From positions 14,384,001-14,448,000 of the forward strand of contig CM060734.1 in the NCBI GenBank assembly GCA_030704615.1: a stretch of 64,000 bases of DNA. The letters are read 5' to 3'. The notes below the pieces were generated by a model. The model worked only from the letters and a program-made list of their open reading frames with translations, had not been told where the DNA came from and did not search any database. This document shows, in pieces, positions 1 to 12,812 of the stretch. The translations under genes and the position numbers were made by a program. This DNA is from Takakia lepidozioides. Taxonomy: Eukaryota; Plantae; Bryophyta. Numbering within the stretch: the first letter of the stretch is position 1; each line of letters opens with the position of its first letter.

Positions 1-415
1 CTGAGATTGGGGTGGTGACACCTATGAGCGACCGCGCATTCGACACTTGGTTGCACAAAGCTTCTGGAGCCAGGTGAGACTCTAAAACATTCTCGCTGTT
101 CCAGCAATGAGTACATGGTTTCTTCTGTTGAATAACTCAAAATTTGGCGGATGGTTGTGCAGCTGGAGAAGCGGGCAATTGATACTTTTGAGAAATCACT
201 GCTGGACTACAAGATCACAATGACCACTCCCAGCATCAAGTTCCAATTATACGTTCGGAAATGGAGAAGAGAGCTGTGGAAGTATGTTTTTTTCCGTGAG
301 TTCGAGAAGGAAGGAGGCATTCTCCGCTCGCTGGACTTTGACCATCAGTATAACGGGGAGCATGCAATGAAACGAGTTCTGTACAAGTACTGCCTTCTAT
401 GGTGATGGCACTACA

Positions 416-887
416 TTAAGATGTCGTTGACGACATCTTAAAACAGGCATTGTCTATAGTGCACATAGCAATTTTTCGGCACTAAACATAGAATTCCATG
501 TATGGAGTGGGTTGATTTAAGGTGGCGTTGACGACACCTTAAATCGGTGCCCTTTGGGCTCTTGAAAACTGGACAGTTGTACACGTCTGTTTCTTGTTCT
601 TCTGCAGGTCTTCATTGTTTTGTTGTGCTTCCTGCAGTTTAAGATATCGTCAACGACATCTTAAAACAGGCATTCTTTTCTAGTCCAGCAAGTCATTTTT
701 TGTCAGACAACGGAAAAATACCATGTGGGCAGGGGTCGATTTAAGATGGCGTTGACGACATCTTAAATGGCTGCTCTTTGGGCTCTGGGAAACAGTTGAG
801 TTGAGCATGTCTGCTTCGTGTTCTTCTGCAGCTCTTCATTTTTTGTTCAACTTCCTGGAGTTTAAGATGTCGTCAATGACATCTTAA
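416..887. repeat. Five 26-bp palindromes TTAAGATGTCGTYRACGACATCTTAA in a ~223-bp tandem duplication (predicted intron)
   Basis: Copies at 416-441, 517-542, 639-664, 741-766 and 862-887; 416-638 is similar to 639-861. Confidence 0.95.
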
Positions 888-1696
888 TCTATAGTCTGAA
901 AATCCACAGTGAACAGATAAGTTCTTGTGGTCTGTGGGGATATATTCTTTGAGGAGGTTCACTTGTGTGGATGCAGGTACTTTCACTTCGTTCTTATTCC
1001 AGATAAGGCTCTCAGTGATGATCCGGACTTCATTCGTGGATGGGCGAACCCAGACGACGACACCACAATGTTCACTGCGGGAATTGTGAAGGACTGGGGT
1101 CGGGCTCATTACCACGGCTACGGGTGGTACGTCGACTGCCCGAGGCAGTCCATTCCATAGGAGGAGAACGTCTTGAGGAATGAGAATGAGAATGTAGATG
1201 CCTTGGCACCCCGGACAGATGAGGAGTTGCAGGCTAGGTTCCTTGCGCAGCTGAGTAAGAAGGAGCCAACAAAGACGGCCACCCCCGTGGGTGGGAAGAA
1301 GAAAAACAAAGGGAAACAGGCTGGGGAGGCAGGTGGGTCTGCCGGTGCTGCGGCTGGCGTTGATGCTGGGTCAGGCCCTACAGGGACTGGTGGGGCAGTT
1401 CTTGATCGCCCACAGGCAAATGATCGCATTGTGCGTACAGAGGTCCAGCAGATTTCCCTCCCAACTGATGAAACAGGGCATGGAAACGCCCTTACGAAGC
1501 CCGACTTTGTGTCTCCATAGTAGTGGGTCTGCACTTCCAGCGGAAAACGACAAACGTCAGCTTCCTGCGTATGATGGAGTCCAGGAAGTCCACATTCACA
1601 GGGGTCAAATCTCCTGCATGGGACCATCTCTGCTCTTTCCTCACCCTGGTAATGCCCATGCATCTTTCAACTTTGATTCCCATTTCATGACATGGG

Positions 1697-1730
1697 TGGA
1701 TCAAGATGTCGTCAACGCCATCTTAATCCA
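1697..1730. repeat. Sixth copy of the 26-bp palindrome, extended to ~34 bp
   Basis: tggatcaagatgtcgtcaacgccatcttaatcca, in the intron before the catalytic-motif exon. Confidence 0.9.
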
Positions 1731-3659
1731 GCAGTTCTTTGTACTGCCATTTCCCTGAATGAACACCAACCACCCAATTTGATTCGCTTGCATTTGCTTT
1801 TGGCAGGTGACCAAGAATCCATGCTGGGTGAACGGTGTCCAGCAGCCCTACGCCGCTAACCTTGTAATCCTTGACATCCCAGATGGGCAGCCTGTACTTG
1901 ATATCATTCCCCCTGCTGTGACTCCATAGTGGAATGCTCAAAACCCTCTGTATTGGCAGTGGGCATTCTCTTTCAGCAACAAGTTCCTCTCTGACGCAGG
2001 GGGCCTTATGATATTTCAGTCTGACGACATGGCATCCCGCCGGATTCTTCATAGCTACATAAAGTCCACTGGGTTCCAAATCAACAAAATATGGACATGT
2101 GTTAATACACTACCTCTGTTGAAGGGGGAGTTTCCAGGGCAGAAGGTATTTCCTGTAACTTTCATTGTCTTCGTTCGTGTTGTCGTGGAATACCCATAGT
2201 TAATGACATATTTCCATTGGTGCTGGTGCAGACCCATGTGTTCAAGGCGATTTGTCTGTCACGAATTCGGCCTGCCAACACTCCAAATTATGTTGGGCAT
2301 TTCGACGTTTGGGGAGGAGGTCTGCACATAGACCCAGAATGCGACCCAGTCGAATCTGATGTTGTTCACAACTATGTGGATGCGTCCCAGACTCTGAAAA
2401 AGGCTGGAGGAATTCCATGGAGAGGTGCCTAGGAGAAGTCGCCCGCGTTCATGCAGACCTTCATTGAGACATGCAGCCGGCATGGTGGCAAAGTGGTTGA
2501 CCTCTCCATGGGCACAGGTGCATGCCGAAACTCTTCTCCATTCTTTGTTACACATGTTCCTCTCCTGTTGTGGCTTGTGACATGGTTTTGTGCTTTCATT
2601 CGCTATCCTGCAATGGCTTCATTCCATGCCTGCAAGTGTGCAAGAAGACATCTTCTTGGGTTTGAGGGGGACGAGGAGCTTTACTCTCGGGTCATCGCTC
2701 CACTCTCTGAGGGATCCTTGCATTCGACCCAGACTGAGAAGATTGTGGAGGAGTAGGATCTGCAAGAGCCGAATGCTCTGGATGTGGATTCAGATTTTTC
2801 ATGTGAGTAAGTGCATGTTCTTTTGTGGCAACTCTAGACCCCAGGACGCATCCTTTTGGTGTTCCTTTTTGTTGCTGAAGTTTGGCTTCCAGAGTATTTA
2901 CGAAGTTTACTCATTACTATGTGGTTGCAGGAGTCCCATGACGCCACGGTTTCTGCCGTTCTTTGCCATTTTTTCCCAAGTCCTCCAGCACAATTTCAGT
3001 TGCCATCTTATGCGGAGGCTGCGGCTACGGAGTATAGTCTGCTGGCATCTCCCCCTTCTCTGCTTCACGAAAGACATGGTTTTCAGCAGAGCAGGGCTAG
3101 CGTCTTTATGGACAGTTCTGCCTTCGTTCTGAACAGTGCGTCCTGTAGTAGTGGATCTTCTTTGTCTGAATGAATCGATTCTTTTGAAGGGTTTGTTTAA
3201 AAACCACGAGTTCACCTGTATGCCTTCTTTATGATTGGATGTGAGCCTCGCTATCAATCTTGTATAACTGGGAAAATGACATGTGGTCCTTCTCAATCAA
3301 CAAAACAATGTGGACTCAATGTTTGCAATATACACTGCACCCGGCATAATTGATTTTCAAGCAAGACAAGCATGGTTTCATGGATTTCGGAGCTCAAGGG
3401 TTTTGGGAGCTACCACTACAAACAACTATCTATTCTTTCATTTATGTCATTCATCCACCTCTCATTCGTTATATAGACATTCATCCGACATTCATCCCTC
3501 ATTCATCCAAGCAGCATCCATATCCGAGCTTGTGATACTGGCCACTTTGCGCTTTAATAGGTCTTCTAAGTCGACTAGACGTCCGCGGTTATAGGTAGGT
3601 AGGTCCTCAAGCGTGAGCAGATTTTTGCTCACGAAATTTTCTGGTCGCGGGATCTGCTC

Positions 3660-5460
3660 ACACAATAGCATCCCCCAATGAGGAGGGCCCCCTGCATTCA
3701 CAAGGCAGGCAAAGTTCCTACGAAGGAACAGCAAGTGCGAGAAGATGTTGACACGGACAGAGGACGATGAGGCCCAAAACGAAAAACGAGCCCTCGAAGT
3801 TCGAGCCAAACGAAGACAAGAAGCAACGGCTGCACCCTCCACCAGCTCCCCATCCACATAAACAATAGCGCAGACCTTTGAAAAACAGGTTCTGGCACTA
3901 CAACAGTATCGAACCCGGCTGGAGGAGCTGGAGTCGGTCAAGGAAGAGTTGAAGAAGTTATGGGAAGACCACCGACGGTTGGAAAAGAGTCAACAAATCC
4001 ATGTACAGAAAAGCACCAACGCCCAAAAGGGGTTGGAAAAAGCCAAATCGGACTTGACTGAATCCAGGAGGGTGGTGGTGCAGACCATTGAGAAACATGA
4101 GGGGACGATCAAGGACCAAAAGCAGGAATTTGAGGCGCTATGAGCCCAATTATGGGAAAAAGACCAAGCACTAAAGCTGGCTCGTAACGAGGCCACGACC
4201 TACGAAGAACGCATCAGAAGGAGAAGGGAGAACGAGAGGACTATGGCACTAAGGCGAAAGAGGCATTCAGAGCTCTACGATGGTCCACTAATGCGGCGGC
4301 CATTCTGCAAAGGGAAATGGCAAACTGGAAGACCCGCGTATTGTGGGCCATCGAGTTTTGGGAGGAGCTGGCCGTGCACAGGGCCAAGGACATTGTAAGG
4401 GAAGGTAGCAGGGAGGTACCAATGGAAAGGGTAAAGATGCAACATTGGTTCGAAGAGTGGGCTAGAACCTACCTGGAGTCAATCGCCGTGGAAGCTTAGG
4501 CATATAAACTTAATCTAAAAGGACTCCACGAGGAGCTAGGGATAAGCATGGAAGACGTCTTCTCTCCGACGGACGAAGAACTTTGCCAGAGAAGGTTAGG
4601 GATCATCCGCTACCAAGAAGAGAAGGCTACGGAACTAACCCGCGACGCGGAGGAGTTCGTGAGGCGGGTACCCCTTTCCATCGTGGGAGAATTTTTTTTG
4701 GGGGGGGGACCCGAACGGTCTTAGTCCCACGGTACCCCTCGTGTGAGACACCAGAAGGGGGGGAGCTCGTTACCATCCCAGAGCAGCGGACGACAAGGGG
4801 AAACCGGGGGACTCCTATTCCCAGCCATACGAGAAAGAGCTCAAGCAGACATACTAATGTGGGAAGACGAACCGAACGTGGGGACGGGCCAGGCGACCGC
4901 CGGCGCTGTCACGCAGGAGGTGTTCAGGCCAGACCACCCGAAGAGGGTCTGGGAACTATCCAGCGACGAGGAAGACGAGGGAGAAGAGGGGGACACACGG
5001 ATAGATATTCCTGCCAGTCTCATTTGGCAAAACCGGGAGCGCTGGCAGACGACTACAAAGGGCCCAGAGGCTACGACAAGGGCCGGGGGGCCGGAGGGAA
5101 ATGAAGAAACTGAAGGGAAGCTTCTGTTGGAAGGAGGAGAGGCAGTAGAGCCAAGTGTTCCACAGAATGCCATCAGGGGTTCAGAAGGGCAGGAGGTGGC
5201 AGCGACGTTCCCCAGAGGCCCCCCCATCGTTGAGGACACCCCTCAAGGTGAGTTGCCACCCTTGCAAGGTAGTAAGGTAACAACCAACACACCCCACCCG
5301 CCACCACGCCACTAGGAGGGGAAGAAAAGGAGGTTGCCCAGGAAGTATCCAAAAAGGGGCTTAAGGCCAGGCAAAAAATCCGCATATCAAAAACGACGGA
5401 GCGGGAAGAAAGACGTCCATGAGGACATGGACGAATGTAAGAGGGGGATAATGCTAGGCT
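3660..5460 (+). mobile_element. Degenerate coiled-coil/acidic ORF, probably an accessory ORF of a retroelement
   Basis: Broken frames 3949-4143, 4317-4499 and 4743-5315 with heptad-like E/K/Q-rich and acidic low-complexity sequence. Stops and frameshifts are present, with no recognisable catalytic domain. Confidence 0.35.
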
Positions 5461-8400
5461 AGAAAGTTGACCCTCTGCATTAGTGCAGGAGGGAGGGAGG
5501 GAGACATCGAGGAGCCCGGCAGAACCAGAGCCGGAGGCCCCAACAGAGAGGGGTCCAGCACGGGCAGAAGGATGAGCAGCCACGAGCTGCGAGGAGGCTA
5601 CGAGCTCAGCAGGCCCTACGAGCAGCGCTCCTAACAAGCCCAATTCCAGCTACGACCTTGCCCGGGCCTACGAGGACCCAAGTCACTACGAAGAACGGAC
5701 TACTGCAGCGGAGCAAGTACTTTCTTGGGGAAGGACGCGCACTGCCATCATCATGGGGAGAGCATGCGAGGGGGGAGCCATCATGAGGAGATGAGGGCGG
5801 AGGACGCGAGGCTGACGGGGGGGATAGGCAACCGGCAGCAGGAGGAGGAGGATCACTCGACAAGAATTGAGATAGGATTGAGAGGAGGAGGTAGGAGAGA
5901 GAGCGAGGAGAGAGACAGAGTGTGGGGGGTGGGGGGCAGTTGCTGCGATTTTGGGAAAGGGAGAGAGTATCGCCAGAGAAGCGAGAACAGGGAACGCAGT
6001 AACTAGGAGGACAAGGGAGGTAGTTCGTAGGTTAAGAGGGGGATAGACGGCCAGCTCTAGGAAGACGTAGAAGGAGGCCAGGCTGGAGTAGTACTCAGCA
6101 GAGAGGCAACATTCTAGGAATTTCCCAGACTGAGACTTGTTGTATTGGTAGGATAGAGGATTCAGGCACTCTAACTGGAGTTGCCTTGGAGAATAAAGGA
6201 GGATACAAAGGGAGTTTTGCAGGGAAACAAGTGTGCAGTCAGTCCGTGTCTTGCATGATTGCTCTTACTATCTCGTTAGGTAGGTTCTTGTATATTGTCT
6301 TGAGATTGCACTGTACATTGCCCCCAACGCGCTGCGTTGTGACCCCATAGCAAAATATATAACACCTTGTCGCCTGTCCCGCCAGACCCAACGAACCTCT
6401 GCCCCGCTCACCACTACCACCTCCTGCGGACGCTACGACCACCGCATCGCCCTTCCTCGAGGTCTTCCCTCCAGAACCTCGCCAGGGCCCTCTGTATGAG
6501 CTCGTCTAGCCCTCGATACATGGGCGGTTGTCCTCGGGCTTCCTGCTACTCTCTATCAAGGCTACGACGTAACCCAACGCTCCAATGTAGCCGCACCAGT
6601 AGTCGTGCTCGTCTCTGGTGTAGTGCACAAGGGCAACGATGGCTCCTTCAAGCTGCTCCTCGCTCATCTCCTTGTTCGTAAGCCTGGCGGGAACATGCTC
6701 CGAGTTCTTGCCCTCCGGTGGACAACATTTTTGGTCCACTGTAGGTTGCAACTACCCCACCGTCTACCATCTTTACTCCGCTATCTACCTTCTTCACTTC
6801 CTAGGACTACTAGTATTAGTATATATTCTCTTGCTCTAGAGTCTGATCTTTTTTTTTCTGAATCTGTTAGATAGCATAGTAGTACGCAATGTAGTTTTGT
6901 GGTATAGTGTTTTATCATTGGGAAGGTGGAGATGGTATGGAATGAAAGCTTTCACTCATGGGGAGAGGAGGGAGACAATGAAGTTATCTGTTAAGTCACC
7001 CTCCCTTCCGCCCCTTGATACATCCCCACAATGCCTCTGGGGGGCACTTTGCACGTATCTGTTAAGTCAAGCAGACGTAGTACCAAAAGATGAACTATGG
7101 ACGGACGAGCCTGCAGCAGCGGGCCCACGCGAATGTGCAGACCTATTAGCCTCATGTCAGTGTGGGCCCCGCCCCAACCTCCTTGGCCGCTTCGTTCCAC
7201 GCCGCGCCACGTACCCGGAGAGGAATGCCAAAAACCAAATCCAGGATTAAACGCGTTTTACGCTTATTTTTGTGCTATTTTGAGTTTGGTCCTCTTTTTT
7301 GTTTCCTTGTATTTTGCTCGCCTGCTCTTTTGACATTTATTGCACTTCAGCCTGTCTTTTGGCCAAACTGGCCTAACTCACCCTCCATCCCCTGGACTTA
7401 ACGGATAACTCTAATGACCATGGGCAATTAAGGCTGGAGAATGTTATTTTTTTTCAATGGCCAAGGAATTGCTCTAGGATGATAATTGGACAGGCAATGT
7501 ATTCTAAGCATTTGAGGGGGTTCTCAACTGACACATTTGTTCCTGGGCAGATTTTGAGGGTTTTGGGCAGGCACAATTTTGGAGTCATTGATTTCATTTG
7601 TTGGCTCCTCTTTAGAATAAAGAGGAGACTACTTGTCAAAAATAGCTAAGCACTTGTTGTGCTTTTCCCAAGTGTCACCTCCTCTCTTTTTATGAAAACT
7701 ACTTCCATGATGAGCCTTCTCTAGGTAACACCTCCCTCAAGTAACAGCTCTGTTAAATAAATGGATGAATCTTAAAGTTTATTATGAATGAAAGTAGATT
7801 CCACTACTCACAAAGAGGAGCCATGCGCGACTAGCCGCTTGTTGAGTTTTGAGTTGATGTGGATGGCAAAAAAGACAAATGTCTATTGCGGCTATAGGAG
7901 ATCTAAAGAGCCTATGGGCCCAAAAGAAAGTTAGGAATGAGATTTCCAAAAAGACTGAAAAGCTGTCCCAAAACAAGCCAGTGAATTCAGTAGGTTTCCG
8001 TGAAATGCTGCCTGGAGATAGATGAGATACTTCTAATGAAAAAGGCCTCAGATAAGGATGAGACTGTCTGAACATGCAGTAAAAAGAAATCTCAATTTGT
8101 ATTGGTCAAAAGAACAAGAAATAGTCTCCACTGTATCCTATCCTTGTCCTCAAGTCTGCCAATCTGTAGACTACCTGAATCAAGTTTGAATATTGCTTGT
8201 GCTAGACAGACGATGACAATTTGGAGATGGGATCCACAGTAATTAGGGGAACAGAATCTGTGCTTGAAGGCTTTTGTAGGGAGACTTTTGGAGCTCGCTG
8301 AGGTACAACAACCACAGGGGTCCAGGAGCTTGCTCAGTAGGATAATCTCCCTGTTCATGCAACACCATAGACCCAGCTGTAATGCACATTTAAGATGGCA

Positions 8401-9074
8401 GACTGCAGTATTTCATTAATCCCAAGAGTTGCGTAATACAAACGGAACGTGGTGAAGTGCTCTGCCTCCATTCTACTGTACACCCAAGAAGGAAAATGGT
8501 CCAGCATGGGATCTGACTAGACTCCATCACTATCAGAGTCCCTCTGACAGCTACGAGAGCAAAAAATGTGTAGCATGACTTCAAAATGAACTGGGGAGCA
8601 ATTTTGTAAAATTGAAAACAAGCTGCTGTGTCACAAAGCGAACTTCCTTCCCAGTAATTATAAAATGGGCACAAAATACCCTATTCCAATTTAGTATATT
8701 CCATCAAGATGTGAGGCGCCCTATATATTTTGATCAAGGTCCAAAACAGGCCTTCCTCAAGCTCCAACTCCCCTTCTGCCCGAGCTGCATATATGTCCTC
8801 ACAGATTGCTACCAACCTGCAACACACCATTGTTTACCAGGAATGCTGCCCATGAGATGGGTGGAGATGCATTGCTCTACCGCTATGACTCCACAGCTTG
8901 AGACTAACTCGGAAGAGTCTAGATATGCTATTCTAGAGTCACCCGGGATTGATAAAGTGCACTCAGTTGGATATATCCCCTCTCTACCTTTACTCTCACT
9001 ACAAGGAAAGGAGGAAGATCTCCTTTATTCGTGCATCCCTTGGGCACTCTCCCAGATGCCTTTTGCCTTTCTCT

Positions 9075-9510
9075 CTTTTGGGATGTCCTGAAGGGCCTAC
9101 CTACCCTCGGCACTAGACTGAAATTTAAACTCACGGCAGGGAGTCCACCTTTGAACAGTAAACAGATGCAGAGAGGAATGCGAGATTGTCAATGCCCAAG
9201 GAGAAAATATTGTTGTGCATTGAGATAATCCCCATTTTCTGATACAATGTCCATTGTATTCTCATCAGAGAGTGATTCTCTGAAGGACGTTATGAATATA
9301 GTCCCTGCACCTCTGTTCAGCAACTTTCAAAATCTCAAGGCTGAGCCTAAAGCCCTGGCCCTGTTGGGGGCTTAACTGCTAGGCAGCACACAGCAGATTG
9401 ATGCTTGGGGAAGGGTTTTTCTAGAGGAAATATGGGAAGCACAAACAAATTGTTTATATCAAGGTAAGTCTCACTACTGGAATGGGCCCGCCTCGCAAAG
9501 GTAGTGTATG
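9075..9510 (+). mobile_element. Old degenerate 3' fragment of the RTE-X-like LINE (last PIEZO intron)
   Basis: LKGLPTLGTRLKFKL segment homologous to 13345-13760. Confidence 0.85.
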
Positions 9511-10909
9511 TTTTGCAAGCAAGTTTTCTTTCTTTCCCTCTTCCTCAGGCCAGGCTGCCCCCATCATGTGTCTAGTAGGATATCACTGCCAGCCCTAAAA
9601 TCATTAGCCATAGAGTATGACATGCAGGATAACCTAAACACAGAGTGACATGTCATAGAAACATTACCTGTCACAAGTGGGAAAGTTCTCATATGGAATG
9701 CGCATGCGAATATCAGACAATTGCAGTCGAATGAAACGCCCTACTGCCAACACAAATGTAATGTACAAGCCCCAAATGCTTAACTTACTTAACGTCTCTC
9801 CTAATAGTCCATCTGCACACCATCCCACACAAGCCTTTGAGAATCAGAAGCGTTGATGGGGTCTTTTTTCCTAATCAAGTCTAGTTTAGATGTGGAGTAG
9901 TGCTTGCTCCTGCAATTGTACTCTCATGTCTTAGCATCCTTTGTGTCCCTGCAATCATGTGGCAGTAATGTTGATATGTGCTCTACTCCCCATTCTAAAC
10001 TTGAGGGAGTATCTCCGACTTCATTCCACAAAAAGAGGGCATCAACAACCTATGTCAGCATCTGCATTAAGTGGCTTTGTCAGCAGTCCTACAATGGATG
10101 AGGCTGTCAATCTTGCTCATAATGCATTTCAGAGGAAGCTTCAACGTCTAGCAAAAAGTAAACATCAAATTGGATGTCAGCTAACTCCAACTGCAAGAGT
10201 GAATGCCAGAATGTTGACCTCAATAACATGCAACAAGGTGTGAATGCCTCTTCCCAATGGGACAATACCTCTAAGCTTACAAGTAACTGAAGTAACCAAG
10301 AGAGCTGCACACTCACTGCGATAATTAGCGAGTAACCGCATTAAACCAGACCTAGTGCCTTTTCAACCACACTCTCCCAGACAATGAGCCGAAGAGCATT
10401 CAGAACGTAACACTGCATGACAGTACTTGGCTTGGTGATTTCCTTGGTGAGTACCAAGGAAATCCAATGGGGATACATGAAGCATTATGATATGATCTAC
10501 TGTGTACAAAGTGAAGCTAAGTAAGCTTTATTACTAAGTCAACAGCATAGCTAGTGAATAAGACATTTCCCTTCCGATAGTGCTGGGCATATTGCTGAAA
10601 GAGCAATCGGGTCAGTTCCTAGAAAGAAACTGAGAACAAGGCATGATACAAGCAGCCAACTCCAGCAAACATGGAGACTAAGGGATGTTCTACAAGAGTA
10701 GAACCAAGACTAGTCGGATTGGTTGGGAGGACCTTGTCTGATGCTCACACCAATCATAGAAGATAACTCGACCCATTCTGTAATTTTAATGTTTGTAAGC
10801 TACTTCGCTGTGCAATTGGCGAAGTGCTATTCTAGGCTTTCTGCATTGGGCTGGTTAGAACTGCCCTAAGTTCAAATTTCAGTTGAGTGCCGAGGTGAGC
10901 CTAAAAAAT

Positions 10910-11550
10910 GTACTCATAAGACATTGTTTGCCGTAGCCTTGTGGCCATTGACCCGCGCCCAGTTTGAGCGGAACACAAAGGGACAGAAACTACTTTTCTC
11001 AGGGGCTGACACTGGTAGTATGACCTACCTCTAGAAATCCCTTCACACAAACATCAATCTGCTGTGTGTGATTTAACTGATAACTAGACCCCAAAAGGGC
11101 CTGGGCTTTTGGCTCAGCCACAAGATTTTCAAAGTTGGTAAACAGAGGTACAGGAACAATTCCCTTGATGGAATTGAAGAGGGTATCTCTCTGGTGAGCG
11201 TACCCAGGACAATGAATCAGGAAGTGGACATTGTCTTCAGGTTGCCCCCACAACGGGCACTTCTGTTTGCTGTTCAAAGGGAGGCTACCTGCCCTGAGTT
11301 TGAATTTCAGTTTAGTGCCGAGAGTAGGTGAACCCTTGAGGTCATCCATGATGGCCTCACCCATGTCACAGACTGGAAACAGGTTCAGGGAATTTTTCTG
11401 CCTAACTTCATTCTCATCAGCCTCTAAGTCAGACTTATCCAGCAGAATCATGGCTTGTAGACTTAGAGTCAGATCCTTGAAAATCTCTTCTACCCTCTTC
11501 CACAGTTTTACAGGGCGCTCCTGCTTCCAAGATATAGAGTCGATGAACCT
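10910..11550 (-). mobile_element. RTE-X-like LINE 3' fragment
   Basis: ORF 10999-11451 is homologous to 12842-13834; the 3' end appears on + as aatgtactcataagac. Confidence 0.9.
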
Positions 11551-11820
11551 AAAGAGTGAGTTACAAAGCTTAGTTTGGAAGAACTTGATTACATCTCACT
11601 TTCTTGTGAAGGGGACAGACCCAACTGAGTAGACTCATTGTACAATACGTGCATTTGTTTGTAAACTACATCTCTGCTGTCCACTGCCCTAGGGGCCTAA
11701 TTTTCTGCAGTATGGTTAGTCAGTAGGGTTGAAAAGGCAAAGCAAAACATTTACTTACGGAACTTTCCAATTGATGCACATCGCCAGAACCAGGCACTCG
11801 GAGGAAGACAGGATCTAAAC

Positions 11821-11934
11821 CAGAAATGGTAACAGCATTAAGGGTGCCATTGAGCACGGCCTTCAACTGAGTGCCCCCAGAAATGGTAACAGCATTAAGG
11901 GTGCCATTGAGCACGGCCTTCAACTGAGTGCCCA
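11821..11934. repeat. 57-bp in-frame tandem duplication inside a PIEZO exon
   Basis: GTQLKAVLNGTLNAVTISG is encoded twice. Confidence 0.95.
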
Positions 11935-12778
11935 CCACCGTGTTTTCTATATTGGTCACCACATCTGTAAATTGAACGACTTCTTTTCCTTTAGGTCGTT
12001 CTCGAGTGAATTCCCAACAAAGTAGGAAAGACAAATTATCATCATCAATAGAGCGTATCAAGCTCTGTAGGGTGCGAGGTGGGATGAGCCAGAGGGAAGT
12101 AGCATCTTGTTCACAGTAAATGATCTGCACATCGCGTATGTCGTACGAAGAAAGTGCATACCACATATCATCCACATATGCCTCCAGATCGTGAATATGG
12201 CATAGGCCAGTTTCATAAAGTGTGAACGTGCCACCTGCTGTTTTCACTTCAATGCCTGCATGGACATTGTTGACGGGATTCACCATGTTTGTCGGGTTGC
12301 CACTACTATATATCTGCAGACCAGAATATGCAGCACTGCTCAGATGGCTTTCCTAAGAGACTAATGCAGTGATATGAACCACTACTCAGCCTCTAAAATA
12401 TGACAGCATATAATCACCAGGGTGCCTTATTGCTGTCGAGTAGAAGATCAGAAACCTCTATGGACCAGATAGAGTATAGCAAGCAGGTGGCCAGATGAAG
12501 AAAGCAGAGCTTGACAAACCCAGTTACAGATCAGAAGGTGAGAAACACACCAACATAGGAGCCCATATGACAGCAATGAGAGCTGAGAAAAGGAGCACAC
12601 CACTGCAAAACTTAATCAACAATCCCTGCTTCTGCCCCAACCGATGCTTCTCTCGAACAAGCTTTACAATACACTGCACCAGAAACAAACTGCCATATAT
12701 GTCCTCGAGCTGTCCCGCCATTTAGAACCACAAACACCAAAAAGTTAACTTTAAAGGAGGTCTTGAACAACAGCAGCA

Positions 12779-12805
12779 TCTCTCTCTCTCTCTCTCTCTC
12801 TCTCT
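12779..12805. repeat. (TC)n microsatellite at the LINE insertion site
   Basis: About 13 TC units ending in TCTCTAAAGACT. Confidence 0.95.
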
Positions 12806-12812
12806 AAAGACT

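Larger units (their letters stand above)
1..2804 (+). pseudogene. Multi-exon gene with a C-terminal beta-class DNA amino-methyltransferase (N6_N4_Mtase-like) domain, interrupted by premature stops; 5' end outside the window
   Basis: Exon 1807-2145: ANLVILDIPDG (motif IV-like, DIPD at 1873-1884 where DPPY is usual), FSNKFLSDAGGLMIF, STGFQINKIW. Exon 2232-2517: PWRGA*EKSPAFMQTFIETCSRHGGKVVDLSMGTG (motif X/I). Next exon ~2614-2804: ASFHACKCARRHLLGFEGDEELY (motif II). The IV...X-I-II order is the beta class. In-frame TAG at 1927, 2430 and 2754. The upstream exon-like ORFs (151-405, ~978-1560) are of unknown function, and joining them to this gene is inferred. Confidence 0.8.

Noticed and set aside
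3440-3580. CATTCATCC repeats followed by CTAG as a Helitron 3' end
   Set aside because: No convincing GC-rich hairpin before the CTAG.
5460-7750. Possible LTR, PPT or small genes
   Set aside because: No paired LTR, PBS or protein motif could be identified; probably TE-derived but unassignable by eye.
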